NCBI GenBank assembly: GCA_965198005.1
Contig: CBDAOI010000002.1
Location: forward strand, 32,001 to 96,000
Length of the DNA: 64,000 nt
Reading direction: 5' to 3'
Source: Spirochaetia bacterium
GTDB lineage: Bacteria > Spirochaetota > Spirochaetia > SZUA-6 > Bin103
A program made the position numbers and the translations under genes. Below, in pieces: positions 11,125 through 21,589 of this stretch (position 1 is its first letter; each line of letters begins with the position of its first letter). The notes under the pieces are model-generated. The model worked only from the letters and a program-made list of their open reading frames with translations. It was not told the origin of the DNA and did not search any database.

Positions 11125-11350
11125 CAGCTGCAGGGAACGCAACCGTCCGGTGGTGCCGCTCTTCATTTCCACAGGCACCACCCCCTCGTCGCCCGCCAGC
11201 AGATAGTCCACCTCGGCGTTGCTCGAGCGCGCCTCGCGATGCCAGTAGAACAGCTCGGGTCTGGCCCGAGGTCGGCCGTACGCCAGCAGCTCTTGCCCGA
11301 CGAACGCTTCGGTGAAGGCGCCGGCGTTGCCGATCGTCGCCTCGGGGTCA
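11125..11350 (-). pseudogene. AAA+/DUF4143 ATPase C-terminal remnant
   Basis: EAFVGQELL...FYWHRE...AEVDYLL...PVEMKSG. Confidence 0.7.
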
Positions 11351-11422
11351 GTTCATGCTCCCCAGTCAAGCCTAGGGCGTGCCTTCTTGGGAACTAGCGC
11401 GCCTCGCGAAGGGCGAAGGAGC

Positions 11423-12517
11423 CTATTCGCTCAGCAGATCGATGAAGCGGCGATTGATGTAGTAGTTTTCGCGGCCGCGCCGGATGCGCTCGAGGGACCC
11501 GAGTTGGGTCATTTCTTCGAGGTAGCGTTGGGCCGTGAGCCGGCTGCACGCGAGCTCGCGTTCCACTATGCCGATTTTGCAGTAGGGCCACTTGAACAGG
11601 ATATCCATGAAGCCGGCACGTTTGGCGGCGCGTGTTGAAGGTCGCGCTCGCTCCGACATTTCCTGTGCCAAGTCCTGGATGCGCCTGATCCTGGAGATGG
11701 CGTCTGTTGCGCTTTCCTCCACGGCCGCGAGGATGTAGCGCACCCACGGTTGCCAATCACCGCGTTCGGTGACCGCGCGCAGCAGTCGGTAGTAGGCGCT
11801 GCGGTGTGCCATGAAGTAGCGGCTGAGGTAGATTATCGGAGCGTCGAGCAGGCCCCGAATCTTCAGGTAGAGGACGTTGAGGATGCGCCCGGTGCGACCG
11901 TTGCCGTCGGTGAACGGGTGAATGGCCTCGAATTGGTAGTGCATGACGGCCAACTTGATGAGTGGATCGACTCCATCCGCCTGCTCGGCGAGAAAGCGTT
12001 CCAGATTGGCGAGTAGCCCGCCGAGCGCAGCGCCGTCCGGAGGTGTGTAGATGACTCGCCCGAGGGCCGGGCTACCGATGGCGACCCGGCTCTGCCGCAC
12101 GCGTACTTCTACACCCCGGATGCGCGAACAGATCCGCTCGAACAGGAGGACGTCCAGAATGGGACGCTGATCGAGACCCTCCATCCCCTCCCATAACGCC
12201 TCGCGATAACGCAGCACTTCCTTTGCGGCCGCATCCGCGCTCGCGCCGGACGCCAACGCCTGGTACAACTCGTCGCCCGTGGTAACGATGTTTTCGATCT
12301 CGGAGCTGCTGCGCGCCTCCTGCAAGGGAAGGGCGTGGATGAGGATTGACCGGTTCGGCAGGGACTCCGCCAGCGCGTTGACGCGAGCCAACGCCACCCT
12401 CGCTTCGATGCAGGTCTTGAGGATGGCGGGTGTCTCCAGATCCGTCGTCGGCGGCAAGCCCGGGAGGGCGTTCCAGGGGACTCGAGGGTCGTAGGGAACA
12501 GCGGGAGGCGGAGCCAT
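11423..12517 (-). CDS. Fic family protein (putative adenylyltransferase)
   Basis: Canonical HPFTDGNGRTGR motif; EARSSSEIENI segment; C-terminal HTH-like region. Confidence 0.92.
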   Translation of the reverse strand: MAPPPAVPYDPRVPWNALPGLPPTTDLETPAILKTCIEARVALARVNALAESLPNRSILIHALPLQEARSSSEIENIVTTGDELYQALASGASADAAAKEVLRYREALWEGMEGLDQRPILDVLLFERICSRIRGVEVRVRQSRVAIGSPALGRVIYTPPDGAALGGLLANLERFLAEQADGVDPLIKLAVMHYQFEAIHPFTDGNGRTGRILNVLYLKIRGLLDAPIIYLSRYFMAHRSAYYRLLRAVTERGDWQPWVRYILAAVEESATDAISRIRRIQDLAQEMSERARPSTRAAKRAGFMDILFKWPYCKIGIVERELACSRLTAQRYLEEMTQLGSLERIRRGRENYYINRRFIDLLSE

Positions 12518-12654
12518 ACCTGCGCAAAGCGTATACTATTTGCCAGAAACTATACATATCGGTCCCGAATGAGGGGAACGTGCATACTTTGCTAGTGAAA
12601 GCACCGGCGAGCGGCTCGCTGGCGATGGCAGGTACCACGACCGCCATGCCGGTC

Positions 12655-12776
12655 TAGCGCATGTGCGCTAGCAGTAGGCGACTGGAAACGAGGGTTTGTT
12701 GCCACAGTCCTACAGGCGGGCGCCGATCCTCGGCCAGCAGATGGGCAAGTGCCACGGACGTGTCGAGGTAGATCAG
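12655..12776 (-). pseudogene. Truncated VapC/PIN toxin
   Basis: (M)IYLDTSVALAHLLAE...SSRLL then an abrupt stop inside the inverted repeat CTAGCGCA-TG-TGCGCTAG. Confidence 0.7.
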
Positions 12777-13072
12777 CGGTCGCCTCTGTCGTCGGCCAGC
12801 TCAGCGAGCAGCTGCCCGAGCTTCGCCACCGGCAGCGCTTGCGGAGGTGGCGCGGATCGCGAAACCGACGGCGGCGTGAGCCAACCCTCCCGCACCGCCT
12901 GCGCCAGGGAGGCGTCGGGGAGGAGCGGACTGCGTCCCGCCCGCGGCGCACTGAGCTCCGCGACGACTCGGTCGTGGTCGGTCACCAACACCGTCTCGCC
13001 GCCGCTGGCCAGGCGCACGTACTCGCTGAGTTTGTTCTTGAGCACCTTGAGCCCGACAGACCGCATGCGCAT
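12773..13072 (-). CDS. Phd/YefM-family antitoxin
   Basis: VGLKVLKNKLSEYVRLASGGETVLVTDHDRVVAEL; overlaps the PIN start. Confidence 0.85.
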   Translation of the reverse strand: MRMRSVGLKVLKNKLSEYVRLASGGETVLVTDHDRVVAELSAPRAGRSPLLPDASLAQAVREGWLTPPSVSRSAPPPQALPVAKLGQLLAELADDRGDR

Positions 13073-13184
13073 AAAGTAAAGTAGCTTCCAGTAGCTACCT
13101 GATCAAGCGCGCAACGAATCGTTCTGCACGGACCAGCCGCCCCTTGCTGTGGTGGTTGCCGGCAACGCCGGAGTCAGTGGACTG

Positions 13185-13860
13185 GGAAATGGAGCCCGAG
13201 GTGGGCTGTAGGCCAGCAACTCTTGCCCGACGAACGCTTCGGTGACCGCGCCGGCGTTGCGAATCGTCGCCTCGGGGTCGAGGAACCAGGGCCGCACGTC
13301 GGCACCCATGAGTCGTTGCGCCACGCCAACATCGAATAGCAATGCCTTGAAGCGTCGCGGAACCGACTCCGCGGCAAGCGGGGTCCCGTTGCCGGCGGAG
13401 TGCGTAACCCGGTGCACGGCGGCTTTGCACAGCAGGTCGAGCGCCGGCGCCAGCTCGCGGGCACCTCCGGGAGGCCCCCAACCACGAGGTACTCGCCTGC
13501 CAGGCGCAGGAGCCGTTGGTGCACGGCGTCGCTAGGCGCTGGGCCGGGCGCGGCTTCGACCGACACCCCAAGTAGATAGCGAGCCAGCGCCGGGCCGTCG
13601 CGGGCGACCAGGAACTCCAGGAACGACAGCGGGTACATGTGCAGCGAAGTCACCCGGCCCACCGGGATGCCGACCTGCTCGAGTGCGAACTCCAGGAGCG
13701 AGCCGGCGGCGATGACGTGGAGCGCGGGGGTCTCCTCGTACAGATAACGCAGCGCGGTGATTGCCGCAGGGTGCTGTTGAATCTCGTCGATAAACAGCAA
13801 CGACGATCCGGCAGTGAGCCGCTTGCCGGTGATGAGGCGAAGGTCCCTGAGCACCCGATG
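13185..13860 (-). pseudogene. AAA+/DUF4143 ATPase fragment (frameshifted, deleted)
   Basis: LLFIDEIQ (Walker B), AAGSLL, MYPLSFLEFL, VGGLPE, FDVG in two frames; Walker A missing. Confidence 0.78.
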
Positions 13861-13864
13861 TGGA

Positions 13865-13955
13865 TCTTTTGGGGCCCCAACCGCTGTGCGCCCCTGCACA
13901 GAATGGGCGTGGGCGGGGGTGGGCGGGACCAGACGGCGTGCTCTCGCCCTACTGA
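13865..13955 (+). repeat. Dispersed ~90-bp repeat, copy B
   Basis: TTTTGGGGCCCCAACCGCTGTGCGCCC...GCGGGACCAGACGGCGTGCTCTCGCCCTACT. Confidence 0.75.
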
Positions 13956-13981
13956 GCGCCGACCGCGCCACGCTGGGGAGC

Positions 13982-14182
13982 CTAGGTACTACTGAATTGA
14001 TTAGAAGAGAGTTGCTCCTCTGAGGCACGTTGGGAAATGTCCAGAAGCTCGAGGCCGACGACCTGGTCGTTCTCGTCGTAGTCGACGATGACACCCGGAC
14101 GTATCTCCTCCGATTCGACGATCCGACTTTCGTCGAGGCGAAAATAGAGCGCGTCAGCTTTCCGGTCAACTTTCACTCTCAC
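13982..14182 (-). CDS. DUF2283-like small protein (putative antitoxin)
   Basis: DRKADALYFRL...SEEIRPGVIVDYDENDQVVGLELL; preceded only by a partner C-terminal remnant (VTAFFDRR). Confidence 0.8.
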   Translation of the reverse strand: MRVKVDRKADALYFRLDESRIVESEEIRPGVIVDYDENDQVVGLELLDISQRASEEQLSSNQFSST

Positions 14183-14568
14183 GTTTGGCCCTCCGATCGA
14201 AGAATGCCGTCACTTTCAGGTTGTCGACTAGCTACGTCGTCGCGGAAAACCGAGTCGTTTCGCAAATCACGCAGCGTCGCCGGGGCGCGCAAGCCGGCCA
14301 GGGCGATGTCGATGCGACCGTCGTCGTCGAGGTCGGCAAGCGCCACGCCGGCACCGTTGCTGTCGAAGAAGCGAGCCGGGCTGTCCGCCGCAGCCGTCGT
14401 GTGGAGCAGGGGGTGGCGGACGAAGCGTCCACTGCAGGTGTCAGAAACGGTGAAGGCGGTCGCCGACATGCCGACCTGGGCGACCAGTGGCACCGGCACC
14501 AGCAGCGCGCAGCACGCGGCGACCAGCGCACCGGCACCGGCCCGACGGCGGCGGCGCGCTCCGAGCAT
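14179..14568 (-). pseudogene. Truncated secreted FG-GAP/CRTAC1-like protein
   Basis: Signal-peptide-like start, NGAGVALADLDDDGRIDI motif, then junction to unrelated sequence. Confidence 0.55.
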
Positions 14569-14573
14569 CCGAG

Positions 14574-15473
14574 CTAGCGGCCGCCGACGCGGAGCCGGGG
14601 GTCGAGCAGGTCGCGCAGGGCGTCGCCGAACATGTTGAAGCAGTAGACGACGAGCGTCAGGCACAGCCCCGGCCACAGCGCCAGCCACGGCGCCGACTCC
14701 ATGTACTGCAGCCCCTCGCGGCTGAGCATGCTGCCCCAGTCCGGGGTGCCGGGTGGCAGGCCGTAGCCCAGGAACCCCAACGACGCGGCCGCCAGGATGT
14801 TGCCGCCGATGGTTACCGAGAAGACGATCAGCATCGGCGCGGTGATGTTGGGCAGGACATGCCGCAACAGCGTCTTCCACACCGGCGTGCCAACCGCCTG
14901 CGCCGCCTGGAAGTAGTCGTTCTCCTTGATGCCCACGACCGCGCCGCGCGGCACGCGTGAGCCGCCGATGCCGCCCGACACGCCGAGCACCAGGATGATC
15001 TGCAGCACGCCGGGCCCCAGCAGCGACATGATGGTGAGCAGCAACAGCAGCGAAGGAAACGCCATCCATGCGTCCACGAACCGCTGCACCATCAGGTCGA
15101 ACTTGCCGCCGACGAAGCCCGAGGTGCCCCCCACGACCATGGCCACCACGATGTTGAGCGAGGTGGCAGCGAAGCCGACCAGCAGCGAGATGCGCGCGCC
15201 GTTGAGCAGACGGCTCAACAGATCCCGCCCCACCTGGTCGGTGCCCAGCAGATACTTGGCCGAAGCGCCCTGCAGCCTGTCGATGACGTGCAGCTCGGCG
15301 TGGGGGTAGGGGGCGATGAGGTCGGAGAAGATGGCCACCACGACCAGGATCACGATGACGGCGGCACTCGCGGCGCCCAGCGGTTTGGTCTTGATCAGCC
15401 TCCTTACGAAATCGGCAACGCCGGAGCGCCGCGCCCTCCGCGCGGTGGGATCCATTGCCGGTGGTCCTGCCAT
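14574..15473 (-). CDS. DppC/OppC-like ABC permease
   Basis: 299 aa; LGTDQVGRD, EAA loop, WGSML, FGDALRDLLDPR. Confidence 0.92.
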   Translation of the reverse strand: MAGPPAMDPTARRARRSGVADFVRRLIKTKPLGAASAAVIVILVVVAIFSDLIAPYPHAELHVIDRLQGASAKYLLGTDQVGRDLLSRLLNGARISLLVGFAATSLNIVVAMVVGGTSGFVGGKFDLMVQRFVDAWMAFPSLLLLLTIMSLLGPGVLQIILVLGVSGGIGGSRVPRGAVVGIKENDYFQAAQAVGTPVWKTLLRHVLPNITAPMLIVFSVTIGGNILAAASLGFLGYGLPPGTPDWGSMLSREGLQYMESAPWLALWPGLCLTLVVYCFNMFGDALRDLLDPRLRVGGR

Positions 15474-16435
15474 TAGCGGTAGCGGATCCTCGGGTCCAGT
15501 AGGGCGTAGACCACGTCGATGAACAGGTTGTTCAGCAGGACCACCGTCCCGAACAGCAGATTCACGCCCGATACCACCGTATAGTCACGATCTTGCAGGG
15601 CGAGCAGCATCAGCCGGCCGAGCCCGGGCAGGTTGAAGATGTTCTCCATGATGACCGCGCCACCCACGAGAATCGGCAGCTGCAGACCAACCAACGTAAC
15701 GACGGGGATCAGCGCGTTCTTGAGGGCGTGCCTCACCACCACGACGCGCTCGCGCACTCCTTTCGACCAAGCGGTGCGGATGTAGTCCTGCCTCAGCACT
15801 TCCAGCATCATCGTGCGGGTCATGCGCATCACCGCGGCGGCGCCGGCGGTGCCCAGAATGAGGGCGGGGATGAGGAAGCCCGCCAGATTTCGTAGCGGGT
15901 CCTCGAAGAAGGGGACCAACTTCAGTGGCGGCGTCCAGCCCCACCAGATTGCCGGATAGATCATCACCATCACGCCCAGCCAGAAGTTGGGCGTCGCCAG
16001 GCCGATGATGGCGACCGAACGCCCGACGTAGTCGCCGACTCTGTCCTGCCGGATCGCAGAGAAGATGCCCACCGGTATTGCGATAACCAGGCCGATGACG
16101 ATGGCGAGCAACCCCAGTTCGAAGGTTACCGGCATGCGTCCGAGAATCCGCTCGCCCACTTCCCAGTTGTGCAGCAGGGATCGCCCCAGACTGCCGCGCA
16201 GCAGGATGTCGCCCACCCAGCGCCCATACTGGACGTGGATGGGCTGATCGAGCCCCAGCCTGCGCTCGACCGCCTCGCGATCCACGTCCTGAATGCCACC
16301 GCTGAGCATCATCTCATGCATCAGGACGTCGACGATGTCGCCGGGTATGAAACGGACCGACAGGAAGACCAGCATCGACAGGATGATGAGGGTCGGAATC
16401 GTCAGCAGCAGACGCCGGATCACATAGGCTCTCAT
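15473..16435 (-). CDS. DppB/OppB-like ABC permease
   Basis: 320 aa; LRQDYIRTAWSKG, LDPRI. Confidence 0.92.
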   Translation of the reverse strand: MRAYVIRRLLLTIPTLIILSMLVFLSVRFIPGDIVDVLMHEMMLSGGIQDVDREAVERRLGLDQPIHVQYGRWVGDILLRGSLGRSLLHNWEVGERILGRMPVTFELGLLAIVIGLVIAIPVGIFSAIRQDRVGDYVGRSVAIIGLATPNFWLGVMVMIYPAIWWGWTPPLKLVPFFEDPLRNLAGFLIPALILGTAGAAAVMRMTRTMMLEVLRQDYIRTAWSKGVRERVVVVRHALKNALIPVVTLVGLQLPILVGGAVIMENIFNLPGLGRLMLLALQDRDYTVVSGVNLLFGTVVLLNNLFIDVVYALLDPRIRYR

Positions 16436-16546
16436 CGAATTGTTAAAGGAGGTGGGATGGCGGGCTCACCCACCACCCCACTGTTCGCACTACTCAGCAG
16501 CCGCGTAGCCCGGGAAGCACTACGCGGCTACTCGTGGAGTCGTTGC

Positions 16547-17736
16547 TCAGAATCCGAGCTCGCGCTTCAGATCCTGATCGATCCAGAGGCGCGAGTAGAT
16601 CACCATTCGGTCCGCGTCGCCGGGGTCGGCCTCGCCGTTGTAGCCCTTCACCCACGGCCAGAACACGTTGAATGAGGGCACGCGCGCGCCCCAGAGCGCA
16701 AAGTGCTGGCGGTTGAGGTAGTCCGAGGCCTCCCGCGAGAGCCTCTGGCGCTCCTCCATGGTGGTCGCCGCCTGCACGCGTTCGACCATCGCGTCGTAGA
16801 CCGGATCACTATTGCCGGCAGATCCCTGGCAGCCCGGGTTGAATCCGCCGTCGGTGACGTGATGCAAGAGCTGGCCGATTGGATTCCATTCGTATCCACT
16901 TATCAGCATCTGGACGTCGAAGTCACACTCGTTGCGCTTGGCGGTAAACACAGGGCCCTCTTGGACCGTGAGCGTTACATCGATGCCGATCTGGCGCCAG
17001 CTGTCCGCAATGATCTCATTCCAACCCGCGTCCCCAAGCGCTGGCAGAGCCGTCAACTCGAGCGCGAAACGGGTGCCGTCCGCGCCACGCGGCAGGCCTG
17101 CCTCGTCGAGGAGCGCCTCCGCGCCGGCCGGGTCATAGGAGTAAAACTTCTTCAGGTCTGCCGGCCAGTCTTCGTACCGATTCATGTACGGGTACAGGTT
17201 GCGGCCCAGCCACCCCTGCGGCTGGGTGACTGCGTAACCCTTGAAATAGGTACCCCCGGCGCCCTCGACGTCGATTGCCATCTGCAGGGCGTGGCGTACA
17301 CGGACGTCATCGAAGGGCGGCCTGCTCATATTGATGACGGGCGAGGTCTCGGACCGGTAATTGTAGCCCTCCGCGACGAGGTCGGGGGTGGTGCGCTGCA
17401 GGCTCTCCAGCTGGTCGATCGACGTCACCTGAGAACTGCCATGGAAGCCGAGGAAGTCGACCTGTCCCGAGCGCAACGCCGCCAGACGCGTCTGCGCCTC
17501 CGGCATCACCAGCGCGTTGATGCTATCGATGTAGGGCAGTCGGTTCTGCGGGCTCCAGGTGATGGTCAGGTTGCCGCCGTATTCGGGGGCGGTAACCTGC
17601 TTGCCGGTGGTCGGGTCGGTGACCATCGGCTTCGCGGCCGCCGCCGACGAGTCGTCGCTGTCGCTGGCCCCGGCGGCAAACGCAGCGGTCGCCACCAGCG
17701 CGAACGCCAGTGCTATCGATAAAACCTGGAAACCAT
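16547..17736 (-). pseudogene. Family-5 binding protein with signal-peptide frameshift and large internal deletion
   Basis: ATG 17736 (after AGGAGG) is out of frame with the body; PEYGGNLTITW jumps directly to NRLPYID (~200 aa missing versus paralogues). Confidence 0.82.
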
Positions 17737-17779
17737 AATGGTTCCTCCTTGCGGGTCAACGCGTGACCCATTTTTGCAA

Positions 17780-18208
17780 CTAGGGATAGGTCCAATCGGA
17801 GAAGGCACGGCTATGATCGACGTTTCGGTGGCCATCCAGTCCATCGCCGAACGCCCGGTACTCGACGAGCAAGCCGTCACGTAGCTTGAAGTGGCTGGCC
17901 ACGTGGCACACCACCTCACGCCCCGTCGGTTGAATATTGAAGAATTCTGCCACCGGCGTCCCACGCCAGTGCCAGATGCCTATGGCCGTGTCCTCGTTGG
18001 CCACGATATCGTGGATGACGACCTTCGGATCCGGCACTATGGCAAGAAAGTCGCGGACGTGCTTCCACAGGCCGTCGCGGCCCGGTTTCGGCTGGCCGCG
18101 GTCGAACATATCCTCGGCGGCTAGTTCATCGATGACCTCGAGTTTCTTCTCACCGATCACCTCGGCGATGTAACGTCGCATTACTTCTTCAGAACGCTCA
18201 ACGCTCAT
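17780..18208 (-). CDS. SnoaL-like / ester cyclase (NTF2-fold) protein
   Basis: 142 aa; IDELAAED...PD...GT...FFNIQPTGREV pattern; AAGGAG RBS. Confidence 0.8.
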   Translation of the reverse strand: MSVERSEEVMRRYIAEVIGEKKLEVIDELAAEDMFDRGQPKPGRDGLWKHVRDFLAIVPDPKVVIHDIVANEDTAIGIWHWRGTPVAEFFNIQPTGREVVCHVASHFKLRDGLLVEYRAFGDGLDGHRNVDHSRAFSDWTYP

Positions 18209-18332
18209 GTATTTCTCCTTTACGTAATCTCACGGACAGACCCCAACCACGTCACACCTTCCTCAATGAGCATGGAGCCGGGAGGCGATACCCCCGGCTG
18301 GGGTGGATGGCGTCAGTGCCCGTACGCGGACG

Positions 18333-18361
18333 AGTGTAGCCGGCCGCCCACGTTAGTCCAA
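18333..18361 (-). promoter_or_regulatory. Sigma70-like promoter TTGGAC-17-TACACT (weaker copy TTGCAC-17-TCCACT at 18495-18523)
   Basis: Two ~35-bp direct repeats with 17-nt spacing; homologous to the promoter at 26711-26739. Confidence 0.55.
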
Positions 18362-18656
18362 GCGGCGAGCTAACCCTGCTAACCCTGCTAAGCAAGCGCT
18401 TTGAGCAGACTGTCTGCGTGGCTGCCGGCTAGAGCTTGCTGCGTCAGCGCTAGCCTGCGGCTGTGCTGGCTAGTGTCAGGCGCCATCGCCGACGAGTGGA
18501 GCCGGCCGCCCACGTTAGTGCAAGCACTTCTTTGGACTGGACCCAGCGACAGCAGGTTCGGTGCACGGCCCCTTGCATGCTCACGCTCACCTTGGCGTTG
18601 GTGTTGGAGCTCGGAAGTGTGGGCTGCAACGATGCTTCAGAGTAAACTTCCGAGTG

Positions 18657-18932
18657 ATGGACCTCGTCGAGATGCTACGCAGGCCCGAGGGCAAGAACCT
18701 GGAGTTCAAGCGCGACCTCTCCTCGCCGGAAGGGTTTCTGTGCACGCTCGTTGCGTTTGCCAACACGGCCGGGGGCACCACTCTCATCGGTGTCGAGGAT
18801 CGAACCGGCCATGTCCGTGGCGTGAGTGAGCCGCTGGACATGGAGGAACGTGTAACCAATCTGATCAGCGACTCCATCAGGCCGCGGCTCCTGCCGGATG
18901 TGCAGTGCAACCGCTCCCAGCCCCCGACGTAA
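18657..18932 (+). pseudogene. Truncated duplicate of AlbA_2 (Schlafen-like) domain gene
   Basis: Near-identical to 26916-27164 (EGKNLEFKR...AFANTAGG...IGVED), cut after LLPDVQ. Confidence 0.85.
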
Positions 18933-19061
18933 TGTCCGGTCTCGATCAGCTCCGCGTTGAGCAACGCGCCGTCGGGCAGGTAGACGTCCTCCGGACGCCG
19001 CGCCCCAAGCTGTCCACAGGACTCATCGTCCGTGTACACCAGCACGTTGGAGTCGAGGAAA

Positions 19062-19295
19062 CTACGTTCGCTCATGCAGCTGGTCGCGGTCGAACCGCCA
19101 TCCTTGGCGATGTCCCCCGCTGGTCCTCGAGAGCTCGATGACCTCTGCGACATCACCGTGCGGCGACTGCAGGCCAGCAAGCTCCTCCAGGTAATCGCGA
19201 ATGACCTGGTTCAGACTCTTGCCCATGGTTCGCGCGGCATCGCGGGCGCGATCGAGGACCTGCTCATCGGCGGACAGCGTGATATTCGTCTTCAT
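19062..19295 (-). CDS. Ribbon-helix-helix (DUF6364-like) antitoxin; cognate PIN reduced to ~17 codons (from 19075)
   Basis: MKTNITLSADEQVLDRAR...KSLNQVIRDYL; overlapping MSERSFLDSNVLVYTDD remnant. Confidence 0.78.
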   Translation of the reverse strand: MKTNITLSADEQVLDRARDAARTMGKSLNQVIRDYLEELAGLQSPHGDVAEVIELSRTSGGHRQGWRFDRDQLHERT

Positions 19296-19472
19296 TCGAT
19301 TTGCACGCAGGTTACGTGCGCACATTACGTGCGCAGCTGCCGCGTGTCGACTTGGCGCCCCACAAGATTTGCTCATTTGCTCAAAGAGTATCAGCGCGAG
19401 ATCCTTGTCTCCTTGTCTACACCGAGTTCGAGCAGCAGTTTTTGGCATATACTGGAGGAGCAGCTATCGCCC

Positions 19473-20609
19473 ATGACCTGGATCTGGCAACACGCCGAAT
19501 GGCCCAGCTTCGTGTGGGACCGCTCCCGGCTCGCGCTACTGGAGGATCGCTTCCTGCACGAGTCCGGCCGGCGGGTGGGAGCGTGGCGCCATCTGCCCGA
19601 CCAGGCTCGGACCGACCTGCGCATCGAGTGGCTGAGTGACGAAGCGCTCGACACCTCGGCGATCGAGGGCGAAATCCTCAACCGCGCGTCGGTGCAGTCC
19701 TCGATCCGCCGTCAATTCGGACTGAGCGGCGACCCGCGCCGCATCACGCCCGCCGAAGCCGGCGTGGCCGAGATGCTGGTGGCTCTCTACCGGACGTTCG
19801 ATTCGCCACTGGATCGGGCAACGTTGTGGGCGTGGCACCGGATGCTGATGCGCGAACGCCCCGCCTTGGCGGTGATTGGCGGATATGACAGCATGCCGAG
19901 GCCATGCAGGTGGTGTCCGGCCCCGACAACCGTCGGCGAGTCCACTATGAGGCGCCACCGTCCGCCAGCGTCGCCACCGAGATGGACCGTTTCATCGCGT
20001 GGTACGGGCGGACGAAGAATGCCGGCTCTAACCCGCGCCGGAATCGCGCATTTCTACTTCGTCTCCATCCATCCCTTCGAAGATGGGAATGGTCGCATTG
20101 GCCGGGCCCTGGCCGAGAAGGCGCTGGCCCAATCGCTCGGCGAGCCCAGCCTGATCGCCCTCTCGCGCGCCATCGTCCGCCAGCGCAAGGCCTACTACGA
20201 CGTTCTGGAGGCCGCCAACCGCTCGCTCGATATCACCGACTGGTTGGAGTGGTTCGCCGGCATCGTGCTCGACGCCCAGGCCTGGAGCGAGCGCCGCCTG
20301 ACGGGCCTCATCGAACAAACCCGGATGCTCGACCGGCTCCGCGGGGGGCTAAATCCACGGCAGACAAAGGCGCTGCTGCGTCTGTTTCGCGAGGAGCCGG
20401 ACGGATTCCAGGGCGGCCTCAGCGCTGCCAACTACCGCCGTATCACTGGAGCGCCAGCCTCTACCGCCACCCGCGACCTCGCCGATCTGGTCGCCAAGCG
20501 TGCGCTGCGCCGCACCGGCGAACGTCGTCACACGCGCTACTGGCTCGACCTGCCCTCATCTGCTCCCGACGTCGACGACGTTGCTGACGAACCGCCGCCC
20601 ATGCGCTAA
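19473..20609 (+). CDS. Fic family protein (DUF4172 N-terminus) with compensated double frameshift
   Basis: WIWQHAEWPSF, TSAIEGE, HPFEDGNGRIGR; the conserved MQVVSG...VHYEAPP block lies in another frame (~19890-20015). Confidence 0.8.
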   Translation: MTWIWQHAEWPSFVWDRSRLALLEDRFLHESGRRVGAWRHLPDQARTDLRIEWLSDEALDTSAIEGEILNRASVQSSIRRQFGLSGDPRRITPAEAGVAEMLVALYRTFDSPLDRATLWAWHRMLMRERPALAVIGGYDSMPRPCRWCPAPTTVGESTMRRHRPPASPPRWTVSSRGTGGRRMPALTRAGIAHFYFVSIHPFEDGNGRIGRALAEKALAQSLGEPSLIALSRAIVRQRKAYYDVLEAANRSLDITDWLEWFAGIVLDAQAWSERRLTGLIEQTRMLDRLRGGLNPRQTKALLRLFREEPDGFQGGLSAANYRRITGAPASTATRDLADLVAKRALRRTGERRHTRYWLDLPSSAPDVDDVADEPPPMR

Positions 20610-20641
20610 GGGCCAGGCAAGAAAGCGCGGCGACCATGTGG

Positions 20642-20866
20642 TCACCCCGCATGCCTGGACAATAGCTCTCGGACCTCCACAACAAGCTCGTTTGGAATCC
20701 CCATCATGGTTTGCGTGTCGTCCACCAAGGCTTCCTCATCCTCCGCCACCGCCTGTTCCTCGGTTTGGGATTCATAGTGCTCTATCAGTCGTTGCACGCG
20801 CGCCTCATCCCAACCAGAGGGGAAGCCGGAATCTCTGTTCATTTTCTTCTCCTTCTCGTCCGTCAT
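20642..20866 (-). CDS. Small putative antitoxin-like protein
   Basis: FPSGWDEARVQRLIEHYESQTEEQAVAEDE; size and context resemble TA antitoxins. Confidence 0.55.
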   Translation of the reverse strand: MTDEKEKKMNRDSGFPSGWDEARVQRLIEHYESQTEEQAVAEDEEALVDDTQTMMGIPNELVVEVRELLSRHAG

Positions 20867-20989
20867 CGGTTGGCGCCGGCGATGGCGATGGCGGACGTGA
20901 CCGCGAGCATCTCGCGCACCGGCGAGTTCACGTTCGCGCGAAATCCAATCGCCTCGCAGAGTGGGGTATTGTGGTATTGTTGAGGTCCG

Positions 20990-21385
20990 ATGCCCACTAT
21001 AAGTACATTCTTCGGGGTGGTGATCCAGATGTACTGGAGGGAGCACGGCCCGCCGCACTTTCATGCCATCTATGCCGATACCCCCGCTGGAATAGCTCCG
21101 CCGCCACGACCATCGGCACCCTGGCGGGTGGTCGACGTAAGACCACTTGCGAACATGCGCCTTCGCGTCAGATTCGTTGACGGCACGGTCGGCGAGGTAG
21201 ATCTGCGGAGCTTCCTCGGCAGTACGGAGGTGCAAGGCACGATCTTCGAGCCGTTACGATCAGAGGAGCAGTTTCGGCACGTGCATGCCGAGCTGGGAGC
21301 TGTGGTGTGGCCAAACGGCGCCGACCTGGCGCCCGACGCGATGTATGACGCCATCCGTGTTAGCGGGCGGTGGGTGGTCCAGTGA
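20990..21385 (+). CDS. In-frame fusion of DUF4160 N-terminus to DUF2442 domain
   Basis: MPTISTFFGVVIQMY..EHGPPHFHA followed by VVDVRPL..RLRVRFVDG...WPNGADLAPD. Confidence 0.75.
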   Translation: MPTISTFFGVVIQMYWREHGPPHFHAIYADTPAGIAPPPRPSAPWRVVDVRPLANMRLRVRFVDGTVGEVDLRSFLGSTEVQGTIFEPLRSEEQFRHVHAELGAVVWPNGADLAPDAMYDAIRVSGRWVVQ

Positions 21386-21589
21386 TTAGCTTGCCTCTGG
21401 CGGCGCCGTAGCGCCCGAGCCGGCCACGCGCCGGCCACGCAGCCGCGTCCCGCGATCCCCGGCGCTCATCACCGAGACCCACAGCTCAGCATCCCCCCAA
21501 CGCTCCATCACCTCGGCGATGAGGTCTTCCGGCGTCTCACGGTTGCGTTCGGCGTGGATGAAGGCCGTCGAATCGATCAGGAGCCCCAT
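21386..21589 (-). pseudogene. Truncated VapC/PIN toxin
   Basis: MGLLIDSTAFIHAER...SVMSAG then loses similarity. Confidence 0.7.

Noticed and set aside
18229-18265. uORF MVGVCP* upstream of the SnoaL-like gene
   Set aside because: GTG start, weaker RBS, and lacks the conserved structure of the other leaders; too weak to call
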